Assembly: GCA_913050325.1 (NCBI GenBank)
Contig: CAJWZP010000002.1
Coordinates: 66,180-130,179, forward strand
Direction of reading: 5' to 3'
Origin: an uncultured bacterium
Lineage (GTDB): Bacteria > Desulfobacterota_D > UBA1144
Length of the DNA: 64,000 bases
The position numbers and the translations under genes were made by a program. Positions within the stretch are counted from its first letter, which is position 1. The number at the start of each line of letters is the position of its first letter. The notes beneath the pieces are model-generated. The model saw nothing but the letters and a program-made list of their open reading frames with translations, did not search any database and was not told the origin of the DNA. Positions 8,440 to 21,133 of this stretch are shown piece by piece.

Positions 8440-11400
8440 ATGTTAGATATGGGAGTGCTTTTTGATAAGCCAAAAAATCCATCAGATTTTAAATCTATAA
8501 AAATTAGTATTGCGTCACCGGAAGAAATAAAAGAATGGTCTTATGGTGAAATCAAAAAACCAGAGACAATCAATTATAGAACATTTAAGCCTGAAAAATA
8601 CGGCCTTTTTTGTGCAAAAATATTTGGGCCAGTTAAGGATTTTGAGTGTTTATGTGGAAAATATAAAAGATTAAAACATAGAAATCATACTTGTGAAAAG
8701 TGCGGCGTTGAAGTTATTTCAAGTAAAGTTAGAAGATTCAGAATGGGACACATTGAATTATGCTCACCTGTAGCTCATATTTGGTTTCTAAAAAGTGTTC
8801 CTAGCAGAATTGGTGCTTTACTAGACATGACATTAAAAGATTTGGAAAAAGTTTTATATTTTGAATCATATGTAATTACAGATCCTGGTGATACTGGTCT
8901 TAAAGTTGGGCAAGTGATTTCAGAAGACGGATATAGAAAATTAATAGATGATAACTTTTTCTTACTAGTTGGTATGGGAGCTGAAACTATTCGTACCATG
9001 TTGGAAGAGATAGACCTAGAGGCTTTATCTGTTGAATTAAAACAAGATTTAAGATCAACATCTTCACCTTTGAAAAAAGTTAAGTTATCAAAGAGACTTA
9101 GAATAGTTGAAGCTTTTAGAAATTCAGGAAATAAGCCAGAATGGATGATTTTAAAAAGATTGCCTGTATTACCACCAGACTTAAGACCTTTAGTACCATT
9201 AGATGGTGGGAGATTTGCAACTTCAGACTTAAATGATCTTTATAGAAGAGTTATTAATAGAAATAATAGACTTAAAAAACTTATGGAATTAGGCGCACCT
9301 GATATAATTGTTAGAAATGAGAAAAGAATGCTTCAAGAATCGGTTGATGCATTATTTGAGAATGGTAGAAGAGGTAGACCAGTTCTTGGCCATAACCACA
9401 GACCTCTGAAAAGTTTAAGTGATATAATAAAGGGTAAACAAGGTAGGTTTAGACAAAATCTCTTGGGAAAGAGGGTCGATTATTCCGGTAGGTCCGTAAT
9501 TGTTGTTGGACCCCAATTAAAACTACATCAATGTGGTTTGCCTAAAAAAATGGCTTTAGAACTTTTTAGACCATTTATTTATCAAAAATTAGAATTGTGG
9601 GGCCATGCTGCTACAATAAAAATTGCTAAAAATTTAGTTGAGCAACAAGCTCCAATAGTATGGGATGCTTTAGACGATGTTATTAAAGAACACCCAGTTA
9701 TGTTGAACAGAGCGCCTACATTACATAGGTTAAGTGTTCAAGCTTTCGAGCCTGTTCTTGTCGAAGATAAAGCAATTCAACTTCACCCATTAGTTTGCCC
9801 AGCTTTTAATGCTGATTTTGATGGCGATCAAATGGCTGTTCATGTTCCTTTATCGGTTGAAGCACAAACAGAATGTAGGACATTAATAATGTCAACAAAC
9901 AATATTTTATCTCCTGCACATGGTAAACCAATAATTTTACCATCTCAGGATATTGTTCTAGGAATTTACTACATAAGTAGAGAGGTTCCCGGAGTCAAAG
10001 GTGAAGGTAAATCTTTTTCAAGTATCGATGAGTTAAGAAGTGCGTTTGATCTTGGAAATGTTCATATTCATGCAAAAATCAAAGTTGATATAAATGGAAC
10101 TGTTGAAAATACGACAGTTGGACGTGCTTTAATTTTTGAGGTTATGCCCAAAGAGGTACCTTTCAATCTTATTAATAAGTTGATGACAAAAAAAGCTATT
10201 GAAGAATTAATAGATTCAACTTTTAGAATCTCAGGTGGTAAGAGTACAGTTTTACTAGCAGATAGATTGAGGACTCTTGGATTTCAACATTCTACTACAT
10301 CTGGCATTTCAGTATCAATCGCTGATATGACTATTCCAGAAGAAAAAAACAACTTAATTAAAGTAGCGGAAGAAGAAGTTAATAAAATAAAAGATCAATA
10401 TTTGCAGGGCTTGATAACAGAGGGTGAAAGGTATAATAAGGTAATCGATGTATGGGCCAGAACAGGTGATGATATCGCAACATATCTTATGGATAGTATT
10501 GCATCATCAGATCTTTCTGATAAAGATTCTAAAGATGAAAAATCCCCGAGTAAAAATCCTATTTTTATGATGGTTGAATCTGGAGCAAGAGGTAGTCAAT
10601 CTCAAGTGAGACAATTAGCCGGAATGAGAGGCCTGATGGCAAAACCATCTGGAGAAATTATAGAAACTCCAATAACTTCAAATTTTCGTGAGGGCTTAAG
10701 TGTGCTTCAATACTTTATTTCAACTCATGGTGCAAGGAAAGGCTTGGCAGACACTGCTTTAAAAACAGCGAATGCAGGATATTTAACCAGAAGATTAGTT
10801 GATGTTGCACAAGATGTTATGATTTCTGAATATGATTGTGGTACAAAAGAAGGTATTGAAATTAGTCAATTAGTAGAAGGCGGGGAAGTAGTATCTAGTG
10901 TTGGAACCAGAGCTTTAGGTAGAGTAGTGGCCGAAGATGTTAATGATCCATTAACTGGTGAGAAAATTTTGTCTAGAAATCAAGAAGTTACAGAGTCAAT
11001 TGCTAAAGTTATTGATGATCTTCCGGGTTCTCAAAGAATTAAAATAAGGTCCTGTTTAACATGTGAGTCGGAAACAGGTGTTTGTGCTCTTTGCTATGGT
11101 AGAAATCTTGCTAGTGGAGAACTTGTAAACATTGGTGAGGCTGTTGGAATCATAGCTGCTCAATCAATTGGTGAACCTGGTACTCAGTTAACAATGAGAA
11201 CTTTCCATATTGGTGGGGTTGCTAAAGTTGAGCAATCTAGACATGATGCAAAAAATGACGGAAAAATTAAATTTGTAGATCTTAATTATGTTAAATCTGG
11301 TGACTCGAATATTTGTACAAGCAAAACCGCTGAATTAGTAGTTGAGGATTTGAATACATCACTGGAATTAGAGCGTTATCCACTTACAATTGGAGCTAAA

Positions 11401-12519
11401 ATTTATTTTAATGATAATGATAAAATTAAAAAAGGTGATGTTATTGCAGAATGGGATCCAACAATTTTCCCATTCGTTGCTGAAGAATCTGGTCACGTTG
11501 AATATAAAGATTTAGAAGCAAATATATCCTATAAAGAAACTGTTGATCCTTATACAGGATTGTCAAATAAAGAAGTTGTCCAATTTAAAGATCAGAAATT
11601 AAATCCAGCCCTTATATTAGTAACTGAAAAAGGTGATAGATATGAATACCCTATGCCTAGAGGTGCAGAAATTAGAAAGGATAATGGAGAAAAAGTTAAA
11701 CCTGGAGAATTTATTGCTTCATTGCCTCAAACTAAAGCACAGACAAAAGATATAACTGGTGGATTACCTCGAGTTGCGGAATTATTTGAAGCAAGGCCTC
11801 CAAAAGATCCTGCAATTGTTTCTGAAATTGAAGGAGTAGTCTCTTTTGGTAAAGATATAAAATCCAAAAAAAGAATTATTGTTACACCTGACATTGGGGA
11901 TGCTAAAGAATATTTAGTTCCTAAATCAAAACACATTCTAGTTAGAGAAGGTGAAAATATTACAGCAGGTGATCAAATTGTTGATGGGGCACCAGATCCT
12001 CATGACATTCTTAAAATTAAAGGTGAGAAAGAACTTTCTAAATATATAGTTGATGAAATCCAAGATGTTTATCGACTTCAAGGTGTTAGAATTAATGATA
12101 AACACATAGAAATAGTAACAAGACAAATGTTACGTAGGGTAAAAATTACAGATAGTGGTGATACAACATTGCTAATTGGTGAAGCTGTAGAAAAGAGCGA
12201 GTTCATTAGAACAAATCAACAAGTTGTTTCCGAAGGTGGTCAGCCAGCTAAAGCTGAACCATTATTATTAGGTATAACTCGAGCTTCCTTAAGTACAAAA
12301 AGTTGGTTGTCAGCTGCTTCTTTCCAAGAAACAACAAAAGTCTTAACTGATGCTTCTTGTGAAGGAAAGATTGACGACCTTGCAGGATTAAAGGAAAATG
12401 TAATAATGGGACGATTAATTCCTGCTGGTACAGGACTTCCACTATACTCTGACACTGATGTTGAGATTAATGCACCTGAAATCGAGGTACCGGAAACTAT
12501 TTCTACAGATAATGTTTAA
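8440..12519 (+). CDS. rpoC: DNA-directed RNA polymerase subunit beta'
   Basis: 1359 aa with an N-terminal zinc finger ([23 protein letters not shown]) and the catalytic [16 protein letters not shown] motif. Confidence 0.97.
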   Translation: MLDMGVLFDKPKNPSDFKSIKISIASPEEIKEWSYGEIKKPETINYRTFKPEKYGLFCAKIFGPVKDFECLCGKYKRLKHRNHTCEKCGVEVISSKVRRFRMGHIELCSPVAHIWFLKSVPSRIGALLDMTLKDLEKVLYFESYVITDPGDTGLKVGQVISEDGYRKLIDDNFFLLVGMGAETIRTMLEEIDLEALSVELKQDLRSTSSPLKKVKLSKRLRIVEAFRNSGNKPEWMILKRLPVLPPDLRPLVPLDGGRFATSDLNDLYRRVINRNNRLKKLMELGAPDIIVRNEKRMLQESVDALFENGRRGRPVLGHNHRPLKSLSDIIKGKQGRFRQNLLGKRVDYSGRSVIVVGPQLKLHQCGLPKKMALELFRPFIYQKLELWGHAATIKIAKNLVEQQAPIVWDALDDVIKEHPVMLNRAPTLHRLSVQAFEPVLVEDKAIQLHPLVCPAFNADFDGDQMAVHVPLSVEAQTECRTLIMSTNNILSPAHGKPIILPSQDIVLGIYYISREVPGVKGEGKSFSSIDELRSAFDLGNVHIHAKIKVDINGTVENTTVGRALIFEVMPKEVPFNLINKLMTKKAIEELIDSTFRISGGKSTVLLADRLRTLGFQHSTTSGISVSIADMTIPEEKNNLIKVAEEEVNKIKDQYLQGLITEGERYNKVIDVWARTGDDIATYLMDSIASSDLSDKDSKDEKSPSKNPIFMMVESGARGSQSQVRQLAGMRGLMAKPSGEIIETPITSNFREGLSVLQYFISTHGARKGLADTALKTANAGYLTRRLVDVAQDVMISEYDCGTKEGIEISQLVEGGEVVSSVGTRALGRVVAEDVNDPLTGEKILSRNQEVTESIAKVIDDLPGSQRIKIRSCLTCESETGVCALCYGRNLASGELVNIGEAVGIIAAQSIGEPGTQLTMRTFHIGGVAKVEQSRHDAKNDGKIKFVDLNYVKSGDSNICTSKTAELVVEDLNTSLELERYPLTIGAKIYFNDNDKIKKGDVIAEWDPTIFPFVAEESGHVEYKDLEANISYKETVDPYTGLSNKEVVQFKDQKLNPALILVTEKGDRYEYPMPRGAEIRKDNGEKVKPGEFIASLPQTKAQTKDITGGLPRVAELFEARPPKDPAIVSEIEGVVSFGKDIKSKKRIIVTPDIGDAKEYLVPKSKHILVREGENITAGDQIVDGAPDPHDILKIKGEKELSKYIVDEIQDVYRLQGVRINDKHIEIVTRQMLRRVKITDSGDTTLLIGEAVEKSEFIRTNQQVVSEGGQPAKAEPLLLGITRASLSTKSWLSAASFQETTKVLTDASCEGKIDDLAGLKENVIMGRLIPAGTGLPLYSDTDVEINAPEIEVPETISTDNV

Positions 12520-15128
12520 TGAAACAAGCAAAGAGCATTAGTAGTTATGATTTTAAAGAAATAGAAAAAAAATGGTCCAATTCTTTTTCTTTGCCGATTA
12601 ATACTAATTCTAAAGAAAAATTCTCAATAGTTTTACCTCCGCCAAATGTTACCGGAAATCTTCATCTTGGCCATGCATTAAATTCTACTATTCAAGATGT
12701 TTTAATAAAATATCATTATTTAAATGGGACAAGAGTAAGATGGACTCCTGGTACAGATCATGCTGGAATTGCCACGCAAATGTTAGTTGAAAAATCTTTA
12801 GCAGAAGAAGGTATAGACTCAAAAAATATAGATAAGTCTGAGCTGATTGCTAAAATTTGGAAATGGAAAGATGAGAATGGAAATAAAATAATTCATCAAT
12901 TAAAAAAACTAGGATTAAGCTGTGAGTGGGATAAAGCTAAGTTCACACTCGATAAGGATATGTCTTTTGCAGTAAATGAAGTATTCATTAGTTTGTTTAA
13001 TGAAGGATTAATATATAAAGAAAAAACATTAGTTAATTGGGACCCAAGCCTCAAATCAGCAATATCAGACCTTGAAGTTGTATCTGAGAATAAAAAGGGA
13101 TTTTTATATTCATTTAAATATTTTCTAGTTGATTCAGATGATTTTATAACTGTTTCAACTACAAGACCAGAAACAGCTTTTGGTGATACTGCTATTGCGG
13201 TAAACCCAAATGATAATAGGTATAAAAAATTTATCGGAAAAAAAGTTAAGAATATTTTTAATAATAAAAATATTCCAATAATTTCTGATACCTATGCAGA
13301 TATAGAGAAAGGTTCTGGTGCTGTAAAAATTACTCCAGGTCATGATTTTAACGATTTCGAGATTGGAAAAAAACATAATCTTGAGATGATTAATATATTA
13401 AATGATGATGGTACGTTGAATGAAAATACTGGTAAAAGTTATCAGAATCTTACAATTGATTTAGCTAGAGTGAAAATTCTTAAATTCATGAAAGATAATG
13501 AAATCTTTGTTTCAGAAGAAGAGGTTTTAAATACAATTCCAAAAGGCGACAGGACTTCATCAGTAATTGAACCCTTATTAAAAGATCAATGGTTTTTAGA
13601 TGTAAAACAAATGGCAATTGAATCTATAAATGCTGTAGAATCTGGTCATATAAGTTTCAAGCCAAAATTCTGGGAAAATACCTTTTTTGAATGGATGAAT
13701 AATATTAAACCTTGGTGTATTTCAAGGCAAATTCTTTGGGGTCATCAATTACCTGTATGGACATGTAAAGATAACAATAGTATTGCAGCTCATGATGCTA
13801 AAGATGCTTTAAAATTATATAAAAAGAAATTTGGATATGAACCTGAAATCTTAATAAGGGAAAATGATGTATTAGATACTTGGTTTTCATCTGGTTTATG
13901 GCCTTTTTCAACGCTTGGATGGCCTGAATCTACAAATGATCTAAAAGATTTTTTTCCAACTTCTATTTTGGTTACAGGTTTTGATATTATCTTTTTCTGG
14001 GTTGCTAGAATGATTATGATGTCATTAAAAATTACAGGAAAAATTCCTTTTAAAACAATATATATACACAACTTAATTAGAGACTCAAAGGGCAACAAAA
14101 TGAGTAAAACTAAGGGAAATGTTATTGATCCATTAGATTTAATTCAGAAGTATGGAACCGATTCTTTAAGGTTCTATTTGTCTTCTAACATTTCACCTCA
14201 TAGTGATTTAAAAATTTCTGATAATCAAATAGAAACTTCAAGAAATTTTATGAATAAAATTTGGAATGCGTATTCTTTCATTGCTATTAATTCTGACGAA
14301 CATATAGATGAAAATGATGTAAACCCCATAACATCTTGTGAACATTGGATAACTTTTAATTTTATACAATTATTAGATGATTATAAAAAAAATATTGAAG
14401 AATGCGAAATTGAAAAATCTGCATTAGATTTGTATAGATTTTTTTGGGATAAATTTTGTGATTGGTACATTGAAGTATCAAAAATAACAATTCAAAAGAA
14501 TCATCAAGTTAGTAGTACCGTTAATTTATTACAAAATATTTTTAAAGATTTTTTAATTTTATTATTTCCTTACTGTCCTTTTTTAAGTAAGGAGTTGATG
14601 CATAAACTTACAGGAACAGGTGATATTCTATCACTTCCAAATATTGATAAATATTCATATGATATAGACCTTTGTAACGATTTCATTAAAATTAAAAAAA
14701 TTATTACATCAATTAGATCTTTAAGAAAAAATCTTTCAATTCCCCCAAAGGAAAAAATTAATATATACGTAAGTCAAGAATTTAAGGACTTTTTAGATGA
14801 AAATCATAACGTCGTTTCAAATTTAGCTAATGTGGACTCTATAGAATCAGATGATAATTGTAATTTTGATTTAATAACAAATATCAGTGAATCAATTAAA
14901 GTCTCAATTAAAAAAGATAATGATTTAAACTATGATGTTCAAATCAATAAATTAAAAAAAGACTTAGTAACTCTTCAAAAAGATTTACAACGTTCCGAAA
15001 GTAAACTGAAGAATAGTAAGTTTCTTTCATCAGCTCCTGAAGATATTGTGCTGAGAGAAAAAAGAATATTGGAAGAATCCACCGAATATATTAAAAATTT
15101 GAATAATATTTTAAAACAGCTTGATTAA
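12519..15128 (+). CDS. valS: valine--tRNA ligase
   Basis: 869 aa with the class I HIGH motif (PNVTGNLHLGHALN), KMSKS (NKMSKTKGNVIDP) and a C-terminal coiled coil. Its ATG overlaps the rpoC stop (TAATG). Confidence 0.93.
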   Translation: MKQAKSISSYDFKEIEKKWSNSFSLPINTNSKEKFSIVLPPPNVTGNLHLGHALNSTIQDVLIKYHYLNGTRVRWTPGTDHAGIATQMLVEKSLAEEGIDSKNIDKSELIAKIWKWKDENGNKIIHQLKKLGLSCEWDKAKFTLDKDMSFAVNEVFISLFNEGLIYKEKTLVNWDPSLKSAISDLEVVSENKKGFLYSFKYFLVDSDDFITVSTTRPETAFGDTAIAVNPNDNRYKKFIGKKVKNIFNNKNIPIISDTYADIEKGSGAVKITPGHDFNDFEIGKKHNLEMINILNDDGTLNENTGKSYQNLTIDLARVKILKFMKDNEIFVSEEEVLNTIPKGDRTSSVIEPLLKDQWFLDVKQMAIESINAVESGHISFKPKFWENTFFEWMNNIKPWCISRQILWGHQLPVWTCKDNNSIAAHDAKDALKLYKKKFGYEPEILIRENDVLDTWFSSGLWPFSTLGWPESTNDLKDFFPTSILVTGFDIIFFWVARMIMMSLKITGKIPFKTIYIHNLIRDSKGNKMSKTKGNVIDPLDLIQKYGTDSLRFYLSSNISPHSDLKISDNQIETSRNFMNKIWNAYSFIAINSDEHIDENDVNPITSCEHWITFNFIQLLDDYKKNIEECEIEKSALDLYRFFWDKFCDWYIEVSKITIQKNHQVSSTVNLLQNIFKDFLILLFPYCPFLSKELMHKLTGTGDILSLPNIDKYSYDIDLCNDFIKIKKIITSIRSLRKNLSIPPKEKINIYVSQEFKDFLDENHNVVSNLANVDSIESDDNCNFDLITNISESIKVSIKKDNDLNYDVQINKLKKDLVTLQKDLQRSESKLKNSKFLSSAPEDIVLREKRILEESTEYIKNLNNILKQLD

Positions 15129-15129
15129 A

Positions 15130-16512
15130 TTATTTAATGGGATAATCACCCGTAAAACAATGATCTGTAAATTGAGGTGATTTATCATTTCTTTTCTTAT
15201 ATCCCATTGCCTTATAGGTTCCATCTAAGCTTAAGAAAAATAATGAATTTACACCTATAATTTTTGCCATTTCTTCAATAGTGTTCTTTGAAGCAATTAA
15301 CTCAGAATAATTAGGTGTATCAATTCCATAAAAATCAGGATGAGTAATAGGGGGGCAACTTATTCCTAAATGTACTTCTTTAGCACCAGAGTCAAATAAC
15401 TCTTTAACTATTTTTTTTGAGGTTGTACCTCTGACTATTGAATCATCAATTAAAACCACTTTTTTGTTCTGGATGCATGATTTATTAACACTATGTTTTA
15501 ATTTAACTCCAAATTGTCTTATATTTTGAGTAGGTTCTATGAAAGTTCGTCCCACATAGTGGCTTCTAAAAAGACCCAATTCAAAAGGTATTTTCGACTT
15601 TTGTGCAAAACCTATTGCAGCAGATACTCCAGAATCAAGAACAGGTACTACAACATCAGCAGAAAACTTATTCTCTATTGCTAATTGTTCTCCAAGTTTT
15701 TTTCTATACGTATAGATTGTTTCTCCATCAACAATACTATCTGGTCTTGAAAAATATATTCTTTCAAAAATACATGGTCTTTCTTTTCTTCTCTTAAATG
15801 GTCTAATACTTTCTATGCCATCCTTATTAATAATTACTATTTCTCCATTTTTTATATCTCTTACATAATCAGCTCCGATTATATTAAGTGCACAGGTTTC
15901 TGAAGCAAGAACGTATGAACCATCTTTTATTCCAAGTACAAGTGGCCTAATACCATAAGGATCTCTTACACCAATTAATTTTTTATTTGTCAAAATTACA
16001 AGAGAATATGCACCTTTAATCTTTTTTAAAGCATCAATCAATTTATCTCTTATTAACTTTTTTCTTGAAAGAGCAACAAGTTGCAAAATAGTTTCAGTAT
16101 CTGATGTTGTTTGAAAAATAGCACCTTTTTTTATTAGTTCTTTTCTTATTTCTACAGCATTAATTAAATTTCCATTGTGCGCACAGGCAAAACCTCCAGC
16201 TGCTAAATCAGCAAATAGTGGTTGAATATTTTTATCGATAGATTCACCTTGTGTTGAATATCTAACATGCCCAACAGCGTTTTTACCTGGAAGTTGATTA
16301 ATTATTTCAGGTTTGGCAAAAGTATTACTCACGAGTCCTTGTGATCTAACACCATTAAAATTTTTTCCATCAAAAGTTACAATTCCTGCACCTTCTTTAC
16401 CTCTGTGTTGTAACGAATGAAGGCCCAAAGCAGTTAATACAGCTGCTTCTTCAGTGTTAAAAATTCCAAATACTCCGCACTCTTCAATTAGTTTATCGTT
16501 TACTGATATCAT
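15130..16512 (-). CDS. purF: amidophosphoribosyltransferase (glutamine PRPP amidotransferase) with an N-terminal propeptide
   Basis: 460 aa. [18 protein letters not shown]... resembles the B. subtilis type with an 11-aa propeptide before the catalytic Cys. Also has a PRTase motif ([13 protein letters not shown]). Confidence 0.92.
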   Translation of the reverse strand: MISVNDKLIEECGVFGIFNTEEAAVLTALGLHSLQHRGKEGAGIVTFDGKNFNGVRSQGLVSNTFAKPEIINQLPGKNAVGHVRYSTQGESIDKNIQPLFADLAAGGFACAHNGNLINAVEIRKELIKKGAIFQTTSDTETILQLVALSRKKLIRDKLIDALKKIKGAYSLVILTNKKLIGVRDPYGIRPLVLGIKDGSYVLASETCALNIIGADYVRDIKNGEIVIINKDGIESIRPFKRRKERPCIFERIYFSRPDSIVDGETIYTYRKKLGEQLAIENKFSADVVVPVLDSGVSAAIGFAQKSKIPFELGLFRSHYVGRTFIEPTQNIRQFGVKLKHSVNKSCIQNKKVVLIDDSIVRGTTSKKIVKELFDSGAKEVHLGISCPPITHPDFYGIDTPNYSELIASKNTIEEMAKIIGVNSLFFLSLDGTYKAMGYKKRNDKSPQFTDHCFTGDYPIK

Positions 16513-18728
16513 TTTGGGAATGATTTACTCCATAGATTTTTGATAGTATCAATATTAACATTAAAATAGTTCTTTATTGCAAAAATTTTATCAGTTACTT
16601 TACCAATTTTTTTAATATATATTTTTTCTTTTGAACCTTTACTTATTATTTTTTCAGCCACTTTTGGTGAGCAACTTAAAATATAGCATCCTTGTGATTC
16701 AGAAAAAATTTGCAATGGGTTTTTAAAATTTAATGCTGATAGATCAATTTTTGCTCCAATGCTATTTACATCATTGAAACATGATTCTGCTAGTGCAACA
16801 ACCAATCCACCTTCAGATATATCATGAATAGAGCTTAGACTAAATGCTTTATTAGATTTATATACAAAATCATTTATTTTAATGTGACTTTTTAAGTTAA
16901 TTTCTGGACAATCGTTAAATTTTGAAATTTTTTTCTCATATTTTGATATTATTGATCCCCCAAAATCGTTTCTAATTCTTCCTATCAATAGAATATCATC
17001 CCCGATATTTTTAAAATTTTGAGTTTTTGTATATTTAATATTTTCTATCAGCCCTACCATAGAAATGACTGGAGTCGGCTTGATAGATTCTTTTTTATTC
17101 TCATTATATAAACTTACATTTCCGCTTATTACTGGTGTTTTAAAACTTAAACATGATTCTTTCATTCCATCAATACATTGCGCAAATTGCCACATTATTT
17201 CACTATTTTCTGGATTACCAAAGTTTAGGCAATTAGTTAACGCCAAAGGCTTTCCCCCTGAAGAAATAATATTTCTTGTCGATTCAGCTATAGCTATTTT
17301 AGCTCCCTTCTTTGGATTCAGATAGCAATAATTTGAATTACAATTTGTTGTCATAGCCAATGCTTTTTTCGTATTTTTAATTCTAACAACAGCAGAGTCA
17401 GAACCTGGTCTAACAATAGTATCAGTTCCTACCATATGATCATATTGCTCATAAACCCATTTTCTCGAGCAAATGTTAGGATCAGAAATTACTTTTTTGA
17501 ATAGATTTAAAATTGATTTATAACTTATTTTAATTTTTTCTAGGTTTATTTTTCTTATATTTTTTTTAAATCTTTTAGGTTTTTTAATAGGTCTTTTATA
17601 CAAAGGACAGTCTTCTGTTAAAATTGATACAGGAAGATTTACAACTTCTTTATTTCTATATTTAATAATAAACTTTTTTTCTTTTATTACTTCGCCAATC
17701 TGGGTTGAATCAAGAGACCATTTATTAAAAATTTTTTTTATTTTTTTGGATGATTTTTCTTTAATAACCAACAACATCCTTTCCTGGGATTCTGATAAGA
17801 GCATTTCATAAGCATTGATGCTAGAGTCTCTTTTTGGAACTTTATCAAGATCTAAAATTATTCCATTATTTGACCTATAAGCCATTTCAGACGCCGAAGA
17901 TGTGAGCCCAGCTGCACCCATATCTTGTATTCCGATAATTCCTTTATTTTTGAAAAGTTCAAGGCAAGCTTCAAGAAGTAATTTTTCCTTGAATGGATCA
18001 CCGATTTGAACTGTCGGTCTTTCTAAATCATCCTCCCCTTCAAAAACATCAGATGCCATAATTGCGCCTTTTACACCATCTTTTCCAGTTTTAGCTCCTA
18101 AGTAATAAACAGGGTTGCCTGGACCATCCGCTCTTCCTAAAAAAATTTTATTCTTTGAAGCAATCCCAAGTGCAAAAGCATTAACTAAAGGATTTCCGTT
18201 GTATGAATCATCAAAATATACTTCACCTCCAACGGTTGGAATACCCATACAGTTTCCATATCCAGAAATTCCTGACACTACTCCGTTAACAAGACTTTTG
18301 GTTTTTTTATTCTTAGGATTTCCAAATCTTAATGAATTCATCAAAGCTATAGGTCTTGCACCCATAGTAAACACATCTCTTAAGATTCCACCAACACCCG
18401 TTGCAGCTCCTTGATAAGGCTCAATGAACGAAGGATGATTATGGCTTTCAATTTTAAAAACAGCACATTGATTATCACCAATATCTATAACCCCAGCATT
18501 TTCACCTGGTCCTTGAATAACATGTTTCCCCTTAGTAGGAAGCTTTTTTAAATAGTATTTAGAACTTTTATATGAACAATGCTCGGACCACATAGCAGCT
18601 ATAACACCAATTTCATTAACATTTGGTTCACGCTTAAGTTTTGAGATTATCAGCAGATATTCTTTTTTTGTGAGCCCATTCTCAAGTGCAAAAGGAAGAT
18701 TTTCCATAGATTTACCTTTATAATACAT
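16509..18728 (-). CDS. purL: phosphoribosylformylglycinamidine synthase subunit PurL (small, split form)
   Basis: 739 aa with the PurL signature [14 protein letters not shown] and an AIR synthase-related duplicated domain. Overlaps the purF start by 4 nt. Confidence 0.92.
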   Translation of the reverse strand: MYYKGKSMENLPFALENGLTKKEYLLIISKLKREPNVNEIGVIAAMWSEHCSYKSSKYYLKKLPTKGKHVIQGPGENAGVIDIGDNQCAVFKIESHNHPSFIEPYQGAATGVGGILRDVFTMGARPIALMNSLRFGNPKNKKTKSLVNGVVSGISGYGNCMGIPTVGGEVYFDDSYNGNPLVNAFALGIASKNKIFLGRADGPGNPVYYLGAKTGKDGVKGAIMASDVFEGEDDLERPTVQIGDPFKEKLLLEACLELFKNKGIIGIQDMGAAGLTSSASEMAYRSNNGIILDLDKVPKRDSSINAYEMLLSESQERMLLVIKEKSSKKIKKIFNKWSLDSTQIGEVIKEKKFIIKYRNKEVVNLPVSILTEDCPLYKRPIKKPKRFKKNIRKINLEKIKISYKSILNLFKKVISDPNICSRKWVYEQYDHMVGTDTIVRPGSDSAVVRIKNTKKALAMTTNCNSNYCYLNPKKGAKIAIAESTRNIISSGGKPLALTNCLNFGNPENSEIMWQFAQCIDGMKESCLSFKTPVISGNVSLYNENKKESIKPTPVISMVGLIENIKYTKTQNFKNIGDDILLIGRIRNDFGGSIISKYEKKISKFNDCPEINLKSHIKINDFVYKSNKAFSLSSIHDISEGGLVVALAESCFNDVNSIGAKIDLSALNFKNPLQIFSESQGCYILSCSPKVAEKIISKGSKEKIYIKKIGKVTDKIFAIKNYFNVNIDTIKNLWSKSFPK

Positions 18729-18786
18729 AAATAAATTAAGATAATCATCTTTATAAAAATAAAATCAATCTGGTAAAGTATTTTTA

Positions 18787-19863
18787 ATGAGAAAAAAAAT
18801 AATTGTCGCAATGAGTGGAGGTGTTGATAGCTCAACAACTGCCGCTCTACTAAGAGAGCAAGGTCATGATGTCTCAGGTATTACTATGCAACTATGGGAC
18901 TACGCAGACGGTGAAACTGGTTGCTGCTCATTGAATGATGTATTTGATGCAAGACAAGCTGCAAATCAAATTGGTATTGAGCATCATGTTGTTAATTATA
19001 AGAATGATTTTCAAAAATATGTAGTTAGCGATTTTATTAATAAGTATTATAAAGGTCAAACTCCAAACCCATGTGTTATGTGTAATGAGTATATGAAGTT
19101 TGATTTTTTATTAAAAAAATCTTTAGAATTGGGGGCTGATTATTTGGCTACTGGCCACTATGCAAAAATAACAAGACAATCAGATGGAAATTTCTTACTT
19201 GAAAAAGGTGTTGATAGATTTAAAGACCAATCCTATTTTCTTTTTACACTCAGTAATAAAGAAATGTCACGTCTCTTATTTCCATTAGGTGGTTTTTCAA
19301 AAGATAAAGTTAGAAAGATTTCTGAAGGTTTTAATCTTACAGTTGCTACTAAGAAAGAAAGCCAAGATGTTTGTTTTATTGCCAAAGATTACAGAAAATT
19401 TGTTGAAACAAATTCTAATAAAAATTTAAAAAAATATGGTGTTATTAAAGATTTAGACGGAAACAAATTAGGTGAACATGATGGTATTCAAAATTTCACA
19501 ATTGGTCAGAGAAGAAAGCTCGGAATATCCTCAGATTCACCGAAGTATGTAGTATCAATTAATTATAATAATTCAGATGTAATAGTAGGGGAGGAATCTG
19601 ACCTTTATTCTGATTTTTTATATGCATCAAATTTAAATTGGTCTGTTAATAAAGAGGAAATACCAAACCTTAATATTTCTGCAAAAGTAAGATATAGAAG
19701 CCCCGAAGCTGAAGTAAAAATCAATTTTATTGATTCAAATAATATATTTGTTAAGTTCAAAGAACCACAAAGAGCATTAACCCCTGGTCAGGCAATTGTC
19801 TTTTATTCTGGAACTCAAGTAGTTGGTGGAGGGTGGATAAGTGAAACCAGAGAAGTCAGTTAG
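18787..19863 (+). CDS. mnmA: tRNA-specific 2-thiouridylase MnmA
   Basis: 358 aa with a PP-loop (VAMSGGVDSS) and MnmA catalytic cysteines (NPCVMCN, GHYA). Confidence 0.92.
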   Translation: MRKKIIVAMSGGVDSSTTAALLREQGHDVSGITMQLWDYADGETGCCSLNDVFDARQAANQIGIEHHVVNYKNDFQKYVVSDFINKYYKGQTPNPCVMCNEYMKFDFLLKKSLELGADYLATGHYAKITRQSDGNFLLEKGVDRFKDQSYFLFTLSNKEMSRLLFPLGGFSKDKVRKISEGFNLTVATKKESQDVCFIAKDYRKFVETNSNKNLKKYGVIKDLDGNKLGEHDGIQNFTIGQRRKLGISSDSPKYVVSINYNNSDVIVGEESDLYSDFLYASNLNWSVNKEEIPNLNISAKVRYRSPEAEVKINFIDSNNIFVKFKEPQRALTPGQAIVFYSGTQVVGGGWISETREVS

Positions 19864-21133
19864 TTTTATAACTTATGGATGTAAAGTAAATCAGTTTGAT
19901 ACGGATAAAATTATCTCAAATCTACCTGATAATTTTAAAGTTGTTACTGATAAATCTTTGTCTGATTTTTGTATAATTAATACATGCACAGTAACAGATA
20001 ATACAGATAATCAGTTTTTTAAGGATCTCAAAAAATTAAAACGAGATAATCCTCAAATTATTACTCTTGTAACTGGATGTCTTGCACAAACTTCACCAGA
20101 AAAATTAAATCATCTTGAGAATATAGATTTAGTTGTCGACAATGCTAATAAATATTTAATTCCTAAAGTTCTTTCTAAACCAGAAAGATATCATAAAAGA
20201 ATAATTTCAAACATATTTGATATTAGAGAATTTGATGATGATTTTGAAAATATATATGAGAATAGGTCAAGGGCCTTTCTTAAGGTACAAGATGGTTGTA
20301 ATTATAGATGTTCATTCTGTATTATTCCTTTTGCAAGAGGTAGATCACGAAGTCTTAAAGAATTTAAAGTAATTGAAAAAATTAATCGATTGAATCGTTT
20401 GGGTTTTAACGAAGTTGTTTTAACTGGAATTCATTTGTCTAGCTATGGAAAAGATATTGGATCATCATTTGAAAAACTTTTAAATCTCATAGATAAAGAA
20501 ACAGATATTCCTAACATTCGCTTGAGCTCTATAGATCCTGCTGATACAAGCTTGGATTTGATTGATTTAATTTCTTCATCAAAGAAAATTTGTCCATCTT
20601 TTCATATTTCTTTACAAAGTGGAGATGAAGAAGTCTTAAAGAATATGAGAAGAAGATATAAAATTGAAAAATTTAATGAATTAATTAATTATATTAGACA
20701 GAAATTACCATCAAGTTGTATTGGAACAGATGTTATTGTTGGATTCCCAGGTGAGAATAATAATCTCTTTAATAATACTGTTAATTTTATAAAAAATTCA
20801 GAATTAAATTATTTACATGTTTTTCCTTATTCAGATAGAAAGGGAACCCCTGCTTCAATAAGTAAAGATAAGGTTGATGACCATGAGAAACAAAAAAGAT
20901 CAAAAATTTTGAGAGAATTAAGTAATAATATGAAACTTGAATTCGCTAATAAATTTAAAAATATTGTAATAAAAGGTATCAAAGAAAAAAATAACAAAGT
21001 AAGAACAAATAATTATATAGACGTTTCGGTGGAAAATTCTAACGTCTCCCAAGGTAGTATTGTTGAGGTGATTATTAATACAGTTGAAAAAGACAAAATC
21101 TTTGGGACTATTGTTGGTCCTCATCTTCAATAA
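19841..21133 (+). CDS. mtaB: radical-SAM methylthiotransferase, MiaB/RimO family, most like the threonylcarbamoyladenosine tRNA methylthiotransferase MtaB
   Basis: 430 aa with an MTTase N-domain ([15 protein letters not shown] ... NTCTVT), the radical [11 protein letters not shown] motif, and IRLSSIDP (MtaB-type, versus RFTTSHP in MiaB). Confidence 0.8.
   Translation: MKPEKSVSFITYGCKVNQFDTDKIISNLPDNFKVVTDKSLSDFCIINTCTVTDNTDNQFFKDLKKLKRDNPQIITLVTGCLAQTSPEKLNHLENIDLVVDNANKYLIPKVLSKPERYHKRIISNIFDIREFDDDFENIYENRSRAFLKVQDGCNYRCSFCIIPFARGRSRSLKEFKVIEKINRLNRLGFNEVVLTGIHLSSYGKDIGSSFEKLLNLIDKETDIPNIRLSSIDPADTSLDLIDLISSSKKICPSFHISLQSGDEEVLKNMRRRYKIEKFNELINYIRQKLPSSCIGTDVIVGFPGENNNLFNNTVNFIKNSELNYLHVFPYSDRKGTPASISKDKVDDHEKQKRSKILRELSNNMKLEFANKFKNIVIKGIKEKNNKVRTNNYIDVSVENSNVSQGSIVEVIINTVEKDKIFGTIVGPHLQ

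Noticed and set aside
8775-12455. Several minus-strand ORFs (62-74 aa) inside rpoC
   Set aside because: Antisense to rpoC; chance open frames.
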